A stretch of 64,000 bases of DNA. Source: Lingula anatina. Lineage: Eukaryota; Animalia; Brachiopoda. The stretch covers positions 26,832,225 to 26,896,224 of the forward strand of contig CM120640.1 of assembly GCA_051362555.1 (NCBI GenBank), read 5' to 3'. Below, in pieces: positions 27,752-41,500 of the stretch. Position 1 is the stretch's first letter; each line of letters begins with the position of its first letter. Under the pieces are notes generated by a model, which saw nothing but the letters and a program-made list of their open reading frames with translations, searched no databases and was not told the DNA's origin. Position numbers and translations under genes: made by a program.

Positions 27752-28330
27752 CTAATAATTATTACTTGGAGATCTACAATTACATTTCTTATCTTGAGTG
27801 TTAACTGACATGTTTTTGAGAATTTTTTTATTGTGACCGTGAATGATTTGCTGTATGTTTTTCATACAACAGTAACTTACTTTTACAGTCGAGCTGTTGA
27901 ATAATCGGTAAAGCTTGCTTCCTCGAGGGAAATGTTTGTCTAGCAACTGAAGGAATATATGCCCGATTTTGTTCTTACATTTTTCGAGTATGGTGGGTTG
28001 AACCAAATAAGTTTCCTGTTTCGTCTTTTCTTTTCACTGGGACGAGAGCTGCTTGCTTTAGAGTTATTACCCAACGACATTACGGTATGTCCCGCAGTTT
28101 GAAGCGCCGTTGCATAGGCCTATACGTTATCTGATCCTTCTGCTACCACCCCTTCAGTCGAAAGGGATTGCAATCTTTCGCCGATGGCTTTAGGAATGTT
28201 CCTTATTATTGCGGGGGGGGGGGGGGGGGGGGGGGGGTGATTTGAGTTTTTGTGAACATAGATCGGCTGGGCGTTCGGTTTTACGAACGGCCTGTGTTTC
28301 CCGGATTCTAAGTCTAGGACCCCATTCCCA
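27752..28330 (-). mobile_element. Penelope-like retroelement fragment (RT C-terminal / linker region), frameshifted
   Basis: Minus-strand peptides LDLESGKHRPFVKPNAQPIYVHKNSNHPP..IIRNIPKAIGERL, LIWFNPPYSKNV and IGHIFLQLLDKHFP...LFN..TVKVSYCCMKN...IIHGHNKKIL...CNCR, spread over different frames. Confidence 0.85.
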
Positions 28331-28505
28331 GAGATTAGATCGATCACGCTATTAAATAGCTGTAAGCCGAGCGGACACGAAAGTTAATTACCCCCTTACA
28401 GCTTGTAGTAGGCGGGACAGACATTTAAGCCGGATTATCTGACAATAATCTAGTGAGACTCCCCGCGGGGATAGATCGAAAAGCTCTGAAAGCTCTGGGA
28501 ATTAA

Positions 28506-30031
28506 CCCATTACAGTGACGTCATATTTGCTCCGTAACATTCGTCCAGCGGCCATTCTGGAGGGAAAGAACGACGGGGAACAGTAGCGTAAATATAGGTG
28601 AACCAAATAAAATGAAATAATCTTCATATCGTGATCAAGTACACCAAAAGGAAAATAGTATATACATGTGAAAACTTCAGCTGATCAGCGTGACCAACCC
28701 ATATAAACTCAAGACAGTCCAAAAACGTGAAATCCTGACCTACCCCTGTATCCCAACATCGTGGAATTGTCAGAAGCTACTTTAGTTCAGTTATCTTGTA
28801 CTTCATTTTTCTTGTTCATTGGGTAATAACAGTTATAGTTTTAGAGAGTTTACTGTGTAATCATTAGTTCAACCTTTCATAGAAGCAACTTTTTACATAA
28901 AGGATAGATATAAGGAGAAATTTGAGCTGACCATCAGGATCAACCCTTACGGACTCAAAGAAGACCATATGCAGGGTTGTGTCAAGAAATATTGCTGTCA
29001 GATATGATTTAACTGTGCATTATGAAGCTGTCAGAAATTATTTCAGCATTCTTGTGCTTCATTTTGGTTCATTAGGAAGTATTTGTAACATGACTGTTGT
29101 TTGAGAGTTCAATATTTTACCATGAATTCAACCATTCACAGTAGCAACATTGTTAGTCCAGACCCTCACAGAAGCAATGTATTTTTCAAACATATGACAT
29201 TCAATGTAACATAACAACAAGTCAGTTCATGAATTGATCTTTATTTGATTGAAAATATAGGAAAATGCACATTTTGTATGGATAAAAGTAAACATATATA
29301 AAATGCAAAACATTGTTGCACAATTCAATGACAGATTATCAGGGTCCCTTTCCTTTTGGTTGATACATGTAACACTGACATGAAAAATATTCCCATACTT
29401 TTAATGATGCAATGCAACATGTACATGAGCATATTAAGTCGAATCAAACCACCATAATTTGAGGAACCTGTTTAGTATATTTTTATTCTATGTCTAGAGA
29501 AATGCTTGATTGAAGACTCACAATTGATATGTGCTGTGTAAGTATGTACGTGTAAGGCCTTAGATGGTGTTACTAAGCAGTTTGTAATTTTATTTAGGAG
29601 AATTCCACAACTGGTGGTCATTATTTAAAAATGCACAACCTAGATGTACAACAGCCAGCTGTTTCTGCATATCAGACCATCTGTTGGAGGTGCACCATAC
29701 AAAATTTTATATTTCTTGCAAACTTTTCCATTTAGCCTTTAAAAATATGAGAAAGAAAAAGTGTTTTCATTTCTTCTTGTGCTTCTGCTCACAATTCTAA
29801 ATAAATAGAATACCTGTCCTTGTTGTATGCAAGCTATCAGGATAACAACTTTAAAACAACAAATGAACAATTAAATAAAAAAAAAAAATTCAATTAAATA
29901 ACTCCTGTCATGCACTGAATTTCACTCTCCTGATGTTCAGATCCTGTCTCCTCAGCTGGTCACAAAGATATAAGAATATTTTTTTCGCTGCTTCTACCTT
30001 GTGTGCCATCTAGCTGCCTTTTGTACCTGTC

Positions 30032-30078
<47 letters not shown>

Positions 30079-31050
30079 ATAACCAAGATTTATTTGCACC
30101 CAATCATTCAGTGTGGCTTGGTGGGAAAATGTCCCATCAATTTCCTAAATGTAAATTAACAAAAAAAAAAAGGTAACAATAGTTATTTTTATTCATATTG
30201 TAACTTGCATCATAATACAGTAGGAAAACACAGAATTCAACATTTTTCAAATTCATTTCATTAAGTTCATTCAATTAAATGGTACCTGAGCTAGAATATA
30301 TACTTACAAAACAGATTTACTCTTAACACTACACTAAATCTAAAATCAGGCCACTAATTTCCAAATACACATGACACAGGTAATTGATTTAATTGGCCCA
30401 GCTGAGCTGTGTACATTGTACTGTAGTCTTGACACTAATTGACAATAATGCTAACCAGTTATTAAAGAGGTAGATGACAACAGATAAAATCCAAAGCGCA
30501 CCATAACTGATAGCAAATTACACCCAAGGCAATAAGTGAGTCTTCATAATGAAAGTCAAAACCCTGCCTGGGTATTTCCACACGTTTTTACAACACACTC
30601 TCCACCAAGACTTTTTGGGCACTACTAATATGCATTGTACGTGCGCTCATATCTTATACACCTCGGTCTTTGGTTTTCTACTTTTTTCTTTTATGGTAAA
30701 GGCTGCACAGCTGGGTCTTCATTCTTTGCTGTAAAATAAATTAGTTTTATCCTTTACTTGTCCGATGAGACTTGATTCAAAGCCACTCCTCAGTCTCTCC
30801 TCCGTTTACGGTTTTCGTCCCTACATCTTGGATTGTTACCACTGCAGGCAGTCTGTGAACGCTTGTAAAGTTATTTATATTCTCTCTATCATATACCCTG
30901 CAGTAATTCATCATTTTACTCGGTTTAATATCAAAGAAAACAGAAATTAAATGCTAAATTGTACATGTAGACATGATCATGCGCAGCAGACGATTCTGGT
31001 CTCCCTCCAGTATGGCTGCCGTTTGTTTTGATGACGAGGGCTACAATGGG
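28506..31050. mobile_element. piggyBac-like non-autonomous element directly upstream of the paralog 2 promoter
   Basis: TTAA|CCCATTACAG...CTACAATGGG|TTAA. Internal inverted motif GCGGCCATTCTGGAGGGA (~28548) / TCCCTCCAGTATGGCTGC (~31002). No transposase ORF seen. Confidence 0.65.
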
Positions 31051-31084
31051 TTAATACGCCCTAGGTAAACATCAACATATGTAC

Positions 31085-31430
31085 TTTTCTCGTTTTCAAA
31101 CTGCGCATGCGCAGTAGAGGTTGGCAGAGACCAACAGCGAATTGTGAAAGTAACATTAATAGTTGTTTTGGCGATATTAAACAATAAATCTTCTAGGTTA
31201 AGCAGCCAGGGAGTAACTCAGTACATGTAAGTAAATTTCTTTGAGCCGCAGGAATGGAAGTCTGACCTCCAGTTTGGTTAGTTAGAGTTGACATTTGTGA
31301 GACGGTGCAGGTGAATGGCCGCAGGTGAATTGAGAAACTACTCTAAGCGGACTACTGTTCCTCTCACACCGCCACATCACAAAGCCAGGATATACTTCTG
31401 GTCAATATCTATAATATAATATAATATAAT
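31085..31430 (+). promoter_or_regulatory. Putative promoter and 5' non-coding exon of paralog 2 (duplicate of 12085-12460)
   Basis: Palindromic ACTGCGCATGCGCAGT at 31100-31115 (NRF1-type) and donor ACAT|GTAAGT at ~31227. Colinear with the paralog 1 upstream region, and homology resumes at ~47597. Confidence 0.6.
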
Positions 31431-31488
31431 CTCTGTGACCAGGGAATTATATCGGATGAAATGGAAACGGGTGGCGGTCCGTTAATTG

Positions 31489-32047
31489 GGTACTTTTGTA
31501 GTATACCCCCACCCTGTAACTTCCTGAAACTTTCATTTTTCAAACATTTTTTTACTTTGTCTTTTTCACCTATGTCAAAGCTGTTGAAATAAAATGTTTT
31601 TGTAATTACCTGTGGTCTTTTTATTAGTTTTAATCACGTTTAATCCACCCCATTGAAATACAATGTGAAAATTTACAATGTACCTGCAGTCAATAACTTG
31701 CCGCGTTTTCGTTACTTTATTTTATGTGAACATAGGATTGATACATTGTATACTTGGACTTCCTCTGTGAAATTATTATGAGCTACTTGTCCACATAAAA
31801 TTACCTTAGAGTTAGCCAACGAAAACGCGGCAAGTTATTGACTGCGGTTGTAAATGGAAGATTCTAACATTGTATTTCAATGAGCTGGATTAAACGTGAT
31901 TAAAACTAATAAAAAGTCCACAGGTAATTACAAAAGCATTTTATTTCAACAGCTTTGACATTGATGAACAAGAAAATGTAAAAAACTGTTTGAAAAGTGA
32001 AAGTTACAGAAAGTTACAGGGTGGGGGGGCTATACTACAAAAGTACC
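31489..32047. mobile_element. Merlin-like MITE with long (~230 bp) inverted arms
   Basis: GGTAC...GTACC termini, 8-bp TSD GTTAATTG (31481-88 and 32048-55), arms ~31489-31713 and ~31818-32047. Confidence 0.75.
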
Positions 32048-32451
32048 GTTAATTGTCCCTATATGACTGTTAAGGGGCGGGACAAAGTGTATGAGTGACA
32101 GGCCAAAGAGATGGGGGGGGGGGGTCACTTGTGGAAATCCGCAGGATAGTCCGTTAATTTGCGAGAATATGCGAGAACAAACCACAACTTAGTCGGTTGT
32201 CGTATTCTAAGATGGGCTAGGGGATTTTGCCAATAATATAAAGGGTACCGGAGAAGATCAGCATTGGTCAGAATTGTGCCGGAAGTGACGTGTAATGGTG
32301 TAAGACGTAAAGCTGAGTGGTCATTTTTAGCTGGAGGTGAATGGGAATGAAGACATGGGCTTGGAGAAAAAAGCAGTTATTCTAACAACACGGCAAGATA
32401 ACATTTTATCTTTATGCATTTGGGGCAGAGATTCTAGAATACTTGTAGAAA

Positions 32452-32627
32452 CGGGGGCGTCTCGATAGTCCGAAGGTTCATTGGTCCGAAGGTTCATTGG
32501 TCCGAAAAGTGGTAACATTTTCATCGATTTTTTAATCAAGGGTTCATTGGTCCGAAGGTTCTATAGTGAACATTCGGACCAATGAACCTTCGGACTATTG
32601 AACCTTCGGACTATCGCTACGGCCCCG
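32452..32627. mobile_element. Small MITE with internal TCCGAAGGTTCATTGG repeats and 6-bp TSD
   Basis: TAGAAA|CGGGG...CCCCG|TAGAAA, with inverted arrays of a 16-bp unit. Absent from the matching right arm of the foldback element. Confidence 0.7.
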
Positions 32628-34044
32628 TAGAAACAATAGGCACATGATATGAAAACGTGTCACAGAACTCAAAGGTACAAAATCATGGTTAATTTGCAGA
32701 CAACTTGTTTTGAAATACAGCTGCATCGACCGCTAGGGTGACAAAGAGCGTTAAGGGAAAAGAATTATAAAGCCTTAACGTTGTCATGTGGAATTTTAGC
32801 ATTTATATAATCTGATGTGTCTATATCTAAGTATTTTTGGGTGTTTTATGGTATGTGCTGCAATTATAATGATGTTTTAGGGTCATTGAAGGACCTTGTG
32901 AAAACCAGGAAGTAGTTCGTAACTGACAACCGAGTCGTAGCGATCCACAACTACATGTATATTGTGCAAAGATGTATCTATTTTTAAATATTTTCAATTT
33001 TTGACAAATTTTTTATCTTTATATGTCCATCTGACATGAAATTCCACACATACGATCACATTAATACACCTTTTACACCCAGGCCTTCCCAACTACCAGA
33101 CTCGGCACCTACGGGTCCAGTATAAACCGGTTTATCAGACCACACTACCCGTTTTCAAGGTGTGTGTCAGATCGCATTACAGAGTATCAGCCACCACACC
33201 GATTTTGCCTGGTGCGCGATGTGATAGCAATGATCCTAAGCGGGGTTGGAAAGTAGTGCATCTCATCTAGATTCATGCGCTGCTGCAATTTTCTCTGTTT
33301 ATGCTAAAATCTGACAGTACCGCAATTTTTAACATAACATTTAGGTTCGGACATAGCCAATGATGTTTTGTAAATAAGAACTTGCAAACATATATATTAA
33401 TTTAGAAAAGTAGACTTAATTTTGATAGCAGAAGCATATTCTGTCGGGGGTTAAATTATTTTCATGACTACCGGGATGGACGAGATTGAGGGCAGGGTTA
33501 ATCCTAGAGAGGGGTGAGAAACGTCCATTGTTCTCGTCAGCGAGGCTGTCCTTTTTCAGGGTTTGTATGCACGGACAGAAAACTTAAGTATTGTGGGAAC
33601 GTTACTAATGAAGCCACTGGTAGTACTAGTAGATATCAGCCTGTAGTCTTGAACAAGCGCCTCGATGACGAGTGAATAGTTGTCAAAAACAAAAGACCCA
33701 GGTGTGGTAGTTCAACTACTGTTCATGCGTGCCGCAACGACCAAACCTAATTGCTCCTCAAGGTCACAAAACAATAACCGGTACTGACGGCTAGGCTCGT
33801 CTTAATCATATAAGTAGTGCGTTTCCACCCCCTGATTGAGGGAGTCGTCTGTTGTATTAATACGATTCCTACTTGACGAAAACGAGGCGCGATACCCGGA
33901 TGACAGGTAGGCTTACAGAATTTGTGATAGGGTATGATGCTCTTTTATGCGATCTGACACACACCTTGAAAACGGGTAGTGTGGTCAGATATACCGGTTT
34001 ATTCTGGACCTGTAGGTGCCGAGTCTGGTAGTTGGGAAGGCCTG

Positions 34045-34410
34045 ACACCTGGGTAGCCACTAATCGGACTTTCAGTGACAAATGCCAAGACAAATGTGAC
34101 ATTCTGACAGCCTCTTATCTGAGCTAAAAATCACTAGCAAAAGAGACTGGCAATCAATTTCCTCAGGCTGTAAGTCAATAGCCTTGAGAAACTGGTCATG
34201 TTATATCTTATCTACCTGTCAGAATCGCTTTTCCAACTGAGTAAAGCATAATAATATCAATTATTAGTAACTTGGAGCTAGTCTTAATTACCTGTTAGCT
34301 TTGTGATCGGCTCACCTGAATTCTCTTTTCATCTTTTTGGGAAGATCTTGTAAGATGCCATTAAACTTAATGCCCGTCTCGTAAATGTGATTAGTGCCTA
34401 CCCTGGTGTA
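34045..34410. mobile_element. Small TIR element inserted in the foldback right arm
   Basis: ACACCTGGGTAGCCACTAATC ... GATTAGTGCCTACCCTGGTGT imperfect inverted ends; interrupts the match to the left arm. Confidence 0.5.
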
Positions 34411-35196
34411 AAAGGTGTATTAGGCAGGGGCGGATTTAGGCCGTCTTCTGGGTCTTCCGGAAGACTGTCAGATTTTCAAGTTTACATTGACCGGTATTTA
34501 ATTTTTTCTGTCCGCCCCTGTATTAGTGTGATCATATGTGTGGAATTTCATGTCAGATGGACATATAAAGATCTAACAATTCGTCACATTATTAGTACCA
34601 CCAGCATGTACGCTGGCGGTACTCATGGTTTTAGTCCAGACCCAACTCATCCGGCTCCGCGTTCTGGTGCCGGATACAAGTCACTGTTACCACTTCTCCT
34701 CCTAGACAGCAAGGACCCCTGTCCCCATCTCTTGGATTTAGGTCACTTGTAACCTCGCCTTGAACCCCCAGTTTTTTTTGTCTCAGTCGGTGCATTGGCC
34801 TGGGCGTGAGGCTCGTTGAAATGCACCCTTGTCAAAATTTTTGAAAATTCAATGCTAATTATCTACCATACGGAAAGAATTATGGGAAAAATTTCTATAG
34901 ACGGCTAACCGAAAGTCATATATGGAGATTTCAAATATGCCCTTGGATTTGACCTTTGACCTTTGCTTCAAGGTCAAACAGGCCAAAATTAAAAAAAAAA
35001 AAAAAATTTTTATGAAAAAAAAATTATTTGCGCTGATATTCAGAAACTACACAGACCTAACCTATAATATTGTTAGCAGGTGTTACCCTTCAGGTCATCT
35101 TTCACCTCCGTGAGTTTGGGGTCGTTTGGTGCATTTTCACGAGAGTAGCTACCATAAGATACCGAAACTGAAAACTGTCTCAAATTCGGGAACCAT

Positions 35197-35973
35197 TACC
35201 CTAGGTTCTAGATTCCGGTATTGCCAGCTCGATCTTGATTTCATATATAACCCATATCAACAATACCGGCTCTAGTGAACAGCGGCCATGTTACACTTCC
35301 GTCAATCAAATAGAATTGTTCCACAGTGAATCTGCAGTTGAATGTCATCAGACCAAAATGAAACGTAAAACAGATTTAATTCTGCTTTATTGAATTTTAT
35401 TTGCTGTATTTAAGATGTAAAGTGAAAAAATAAATAATATTCTTCGAACAGAAAAGTTATATCCAATGTTTTTGTATTTTTTGCTTATCAAAGAACATTT
35501 AGTCCTGAGATGTACACGTGCGCAATACACATGCTTGCCGTGTGCCAAATTTGACAGCTACACTGTATTGCCGATACCACTATAAGGGCTGCGCAATGGC
35601 TACACCAAAATCAGTTTTTAAAGCAGAATGTTGCTTCTATTGTGGCACTGACCTTCGACTGCAAGATATTTTCGATTCAAACTTCGTCAGGCACTTTGCT
35701 TCTTATCTCGTCTGCACGAGATAACTTCAGCGCGAGGCGGGAAAGGCAGCTCCAGGCGGCCAAACCTGTGACGTACGAGACTTATGACTTCCAAATATGG
35801 ATCCAGGGGGACACAGCTGTGACGTGTGACTTCCAAATATGGAAGCGCCCCAGGCACAATGTTGAAGAAGAACGCCCTCAGATTGTCGCTGTTCGTCAGA
35901 GCTAGTAAAAGTGACTCCATCACAAGGTATTTTTAAGCTAGTCAGCTTTTACGTTGCTCTGACACTCAGGGTA
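35197..35973. mobile_element. hAT-like non-autonomous element nested in HINE A
   Basis: 8-bp TSD GGAACCAT (35189-96 and 35974-81), termini TACCCT...AGGGTA. The empty site GGGAACCGTTAATGCTAG is seen in other HINE A copies. Confidence 0.75.
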
Positions 35974-36838
35974 GGAACCATTAATGCTAGAGACCTGTTC
36001 TTTTTTGCATTTTGTAGAGCATGTCAAGCCCAACACTGGAAGTGGTCTCCGTTTTTTTTATTTCCTTATGGTTTTCGAGTTTAGCTGTATCAAAAAGTAC
36101 ATTGTGGTGGTGAAAACAATATGTGCAATACGGTAATGTATAATAAATTTTGAATCTCTGGAAAATAAAAAACAAGGCTTGGCGAGGCAGACAACTTCTG
36201 GTCAAAAATGACATTATTTCATGAAATTTGAACATCTGGAACTTCTGAGCACCTCCCATTTCAAGAATTTCAACCAAAATGACCTTTTCTTTATTTCAAT
36301 TAATTTCTTTTGTAGGACATTTATGGCACATAATTGTAACTCTGAAATTGTACCATTTAGTCCCTTATATCTCCAAAACTGGCAGAGAAAGGTCCATAGT
36401 TACTATTGAAGTTGAATAGAAAGTCATATACTGGCAATTTAACAGTGACCTTGAAATTGACCTTTGACCTACTTTTCACCATGAACTGAACTTTGCAATA
36501 TTTAAGACCCTTATATCTCCAAAACTGGCAAAGAAACGCCCATAGTTACTATTAAACTTGAATAGGAAGTCATATATTGGCAATCTAACTGTGACCTTAA
36601 AATTGACCTTTGACCTACTTTTCACCATAAACTGAACTTTGCAACTCTTTTAATGCTTATACATTCAAAAATGGCAAAGATACACCCATAGTTACTATTA
36701 AATTTGAATAGGAAGTCATTAGAGGCAATTTTACTATGATCTTAAAATTGACCTTTGACCTACTTTTTCACCATAAACTGAACTTTGCAAATTTTTGTTC
36801 CCTTTTATCTCCAAAACTAGCAGAGATAGGTCCATAGT

Positions 36839-37006
36839 CAGGGGCGGATTTAGACCGTCTTCTGGGTCTTCCGGAAGACGGTCATATTTTCAAGTTTACA
36901 TTGACGGGTATCTAATTTTTTCTTTTGGAAGACGGTCAAAATTGGAGGACGAATCAACAAAGATAATTTGGAAGACTGTCGGTAAATAGCTCTAGATCCG
37001 CCCCTG
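36839..37006. mobile_element. 168-bp MITE (CAGGGGCGGA TIR), with further copies at ~34426-34520 (short) and ~51440-51608 (degenerate)
   Basis: ATAGT|CAGGGGCGGAT...ATCCGCCCCTG|ATAGT, inserted in a HINE repeat unit. Shared core CTTCTGGGTCTTCCGGAAGAC. Confidence 0.75.
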
Positions 37007-38562
37007 ATAGTTACTACTGAACTTGAATAGGAAGTCATATACTGGCAATCTAACTGTGACCTTGAAATTGACCTTTGTCTTACTTTTTATCATGAATTGA
37101 ACTTTGCAAATTTTCATTCCTTTTTATCTCCATAACTGGCAGAGATAGGTCCAAAGTTACTATTGAACTTGAATAGAAAGTCATACATTGGGAATCTAAC
37201 TGTGACCTTAAAATTGATCTTTGACCTACTTTTCACCATGAACTGAACTCTGCAACTTTTTCAGTGCTTATACTTTCAAAACTGGCAAAGATACTCCCAT
37301 AATTACTATGAAATTTGAATAGGAAGTCATATATTGCAAACAGAACTGTGACTTTAAAATCGGCCTTTGACCTACTTTCCACCATGAACCGCACTTTGCA
37401 AGTTTTCCTTTATATCTCCAAAACTGACAGAGATACACCCATAGTTACTATTAAACTTATATAGGAAGTCATATACTGGCAATCTAGGTGTGACCTTTAA
37501 ATTGACCTTTGACCTGCTTTTCACCATGAACTGAACTTTGAAAATCTTTCTTCCCTTTTATCTCCAAAACTGGCAGAGATGGGTCCATAGTTACTTTTGA
37601 AGTTGAATAGGAAGTCATATGCTGGTAATCTAACTGTTACCTTGAAATTTACCTTTGACCTACTTTTCATGATAAACTGCACTTTGCAAATTTTCTGATC
37701 TTTATATCACAATAACTGGCAAAGATCTGCCCATAGTTACTATTGAACTTGAATAGGAAGTCATATACTGGCAATCTAACTGTGATCCTGAAATTGACCT
37801 TTGACCTAATTTTCACCATGAACTGACTTTTGTAAATTAACTTTTCCTTATATCTCAGAAACTAGCAGAGATACACCCAAAGTTACTGTGAACTTGAATA
37901 GGAAGTCCTACATTGGCTATATAAATGTGACCTTGAAATTGACCTTTGACCTACCTTTTATGATGAACTGCACTTTGCATGTTTTCTGGCCTTTAAATCT
38001 CCAAAATTGGCAAAGAAATGCCCATGGTTACTATTTGAATAGGAAGTCATAAACTGTGGCATTGAAATTGATCTTTGACCTTCTTTTTCACCATGAACTG
38101 AACTTATTTTCTTGCCCCTCATATCTTCAAAAATAGCAGAGATATGCACAGTGTTGCCCCTAGGTATTCTCTTTTGTCGGCATATATGCAATGCTGACAA
38201 CACATTTCAAGAAAAACCAATAGGCTTATTGTCGAGAGAATCATAGAAGTGATCAATGTTAGGAAAATACAGGTCATTTTGAAAATCTGCCTGATTGTAC
38301 TATTAGTTATATTTTTTGGCATTTACTGCCTATTTTGAGAACTCTTGTTCATTGCATTTTATAGAGCTTGTCATGCACAAGACTGGTGGTGGTGTCCCTT
38401 TTTTGGGGGTGGGGGGTGGGGGTCCATATGAATGCGCTTGCTCCAGCTGGTGGTACTATATCCGGATGCGGTATCGCCTCTTTGATCCTCTAGTTAAAAA
38501 AAAAGATACATCTTTGCACAGCAGTCGTAGATCGGTACGATTCAGTTGTTAGTTACGAACTA

Positions 38563-41500
38563 CGGTAATGTGCCATGAATTTCGAACAGTAGAAAATAAT
38601 TAAATTTGGGAAAAGATCGTTCTGGCCGAAATTCATGAAATGGAGGTGCTCAGAACTTCCAAAACATTCGAATTTCATGGAATTCTGTCAATTTTGACCG
38701 GAAGTTGTCTGTTCGTCGCTAGGCCTTCTGTTATCTTCTCCCGACGATCTATTTAGAGTTACCATAATGTATGATGTGTGAGTGTCGGTAATTGCGACCA
38801 AAGGTATACACGTACCTTCACCCGATCACTGTGTATGGTCCATAGATAGAGCGGTACTGTTGTCTAGGGCCGCAAAACAGCATCGTTATCAGTAGTGTCG
38901 TTTTACAAAAGCGATTCTGGCAGCCAGAAACTAGTGTCGTTTTTCAAAAACGATCCTGGCGCTCAGAACGGGAGTGGACGGAGGGAGAGACGGCCGACGA
39001 TTAGCGTCTGCCACGGCCAGATTACCTTTACTATGGAAGCTTAGTGTTACCGTTGCTCCTTTCCTTGCACTGAAACCGAGACGACAGCCAATCAGTGTCT
39101 ATGGCGCACGTGCAGGTAGCCTTCATCTGCGATAAGTGTCTTCCGCGACCAGGTTCGTTGCCTTTACCGTTAAAGTCGGGCGGAGCTTTACGCGCGAATG
39201 CGTCCTCATCTCGCCGTTCGCGGGTCGGTGTCTCCGACGCATACGTAGCCTTCCCTGCAGAAGCCGGCCTCGGCACTACGGCCTCTCCTCCGTGCGGGGA
39301 GGCCACTACGACCGAAGATCGGTATGTGCGGCGCACAGGTAGCCTTCGCCACGGCAGCCGAACTGTGTATTACGGTCTCTCTCCGTCGTGCGCTGCGACC
39401 AAGATGACCGCTGATTGTTGTCTGCGATCAAACATACTAGGTTTGGGGGGTGGGGGGGGGGGTGGGGGGGGGGGGTGCAGGGCCGTTTTTTTCAACCCAT
39501 TCTTAACCAGCAGCATCAACTGATTTCCTGGCGCATAGTTGCGTCAATGTACGCATTTGAAAAGCGTGTACATACGTTTTGTCATTGAAACCATCTTCAA
39601 ACAAACGCGAGAGATAGGTAATCTAGAGTAAACCGAAAAGGCAGTATTTATATTCGTTCAAGGGACTAGAAGATCGTCAATGGGAGATAGTGAGCGATCT
39701 GAGCGCGACAATAAGCCAATTTCCACACTAGTTCAAGGGACTTCGTTACTATATTCGTCAGCAAGAGATCGTCAGCGATCCGAGCAAGCATAGAAGCTTG
39801 GACTTTTTGTCCATGCTAGAAGGTAATTTTCATGTAGTCAGCAGGATATGGTTTGCTGGTTTGCGACATGGGCGTAACCAGGCATACGCACGGATACACT
39901 GTGCGTATATAATTTTTTGGCCAACCATGATATTATTCTCTATAAATCTAGTGTACTTTTCAAGGAATATTATCGAAAATCCCCTTCGATTATAAGTTAA
40001 TGTCACCTGAATGTACAAATTCTCTGTATAATTTATATATATGCACCATTGTTCTGACACCCCTTTTCGTTTGCTTTCACAGAACTGAGGTAAACAATAC
40101 AGTTACCATCTGAAGTCCGATCTTAATCGTCCATCTAGCTGGAACTTGCTTTACCTCTTAATTAGAGGGTAAAGTGCCCTTCAGCTCACAGGTAGCTTTT
40201 GTCTTGAGTGTATCGAACGCGATATTTATCTCAGATAAAAATCTACCTGTGTGTTATTTTCAAAGAGCTGCTCCAGCAGACCTGGGGGCACTAGATAAAT
40301 CTGATCATCGGGCTAAACAAGGAGCCAGAGAAACAAAGGAAGATTGACTTTTCCTGCAAAGTGACAAAGAATTTTGACACGGACTTGATCCAGCATAACC
40401 CTCCAAACTAACGGGGTGGCATGGGCATTTTTTTTTTACAAAATTTACAAACAATTAAACTTAGATATATTACAATTTTATCCTTTAATATAATTTTATG
40501 AGGCATGCACCCGCATGTAAGGTGGGTGATGTAAGTAAGCCCCTAGTTAAATAAATATACCCTTATGATCAAGGCTTTTCCCAGCGAACCGTCCAGTCGT
40601 CATTTGGACGGCCGCTGACATCACCGGACGGCCTGTATTTTCAAAGACGGCTAGACGGCCTGAGACTTTTTTTTTAATGACGTCTTGGCTTGTCGGGGCA
40701 GCAGTGGACGTTGTAAGAAATTTTCTTAGAGTAATTTGACGTACCTAGCTTTTATGATGCGTCACAGATGAATGGTACTACTTTGTAGTGTACGTTGATA
40801 TTCAGTTACGACGAAACGACTTCCTAAAGCTTACAAAACACAATAAAATGTTGCTATGAACTTTAAGATACACATTCCACGCCGTATGCAGCAGTGACAA
40901 GAGTGACCTTCATGCGGTACAAAACACTAAGCAAACTACAGGCCAATTTGTGAAAGGGGACACCTTCCGGACCTTCATACGCACGGCAACTGAGAAAGCT
41001 GATTGACAAAAAGGAAAATTTCAAATTTTCAGGGAGAGATCGTTCACAATCCGAGAGAGACCAGGAGGCAATTTTCATATTTGTTAAAGAGACTTCGTAA
41101 GCCAAAGGGCGAGACGAGAACGCAATTTTCGTATCGTCAGCGTCGCAATCCGAGTGAAACGAGAAAGCTCATACTCGTTCAGTGGCTTTCGTTTGCTGAA
41201 GATCGTCAGCCGGAGATCGTTCTCGATTGTTTTTAACCCTCCATCCCTCCCCATTTATAATTTTTAAAAATATTTTTCATTTCATTTGTACATTTCAAGG
41301 GACTTCATTAGCGGAAGATCGTCAGCTGGAGATCGTGAACGATCTGAACGAGACAAGAAAGCAATAATGGTTATCTTTGTTGCAGCTCTTAATATTGCTC
41401 TTTTGTTCTGTTACTGAAGTCTCTACTGTTAACAATGCTATTGTGCGCCTCAGCAAAACTACCGATCGCTATCTCACACTGAATATTGCGGTAAAGAAAC

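Larger units (their letters stand above)
34589..38495 (+). mobile_element. HINE family A, full-length, about 12 central 146-bp repeats and two nested insertions
   Basis: Same 5' and 3' termini as 21301-23309. Tandem array ~36360-38140. Confidence 0.85.

Noticed and set aside
36360-38140. Regular ~146-bp repeats that could be mistaken for a CRISPR array or a repeat protein
   Set aside because: Whole units are repeated with no unique spacers, there are no cas genes, the context is eukaryotic, and the array lies inside HINE termini. The ORFs over it are repeat artefacts.
39095-39523. 142-aa ORF in the GC-rich patch
   Set aside because: No recognisable motif; a long ORF is expected by chance at high GC, and the poly-Gly comes from a G-run.
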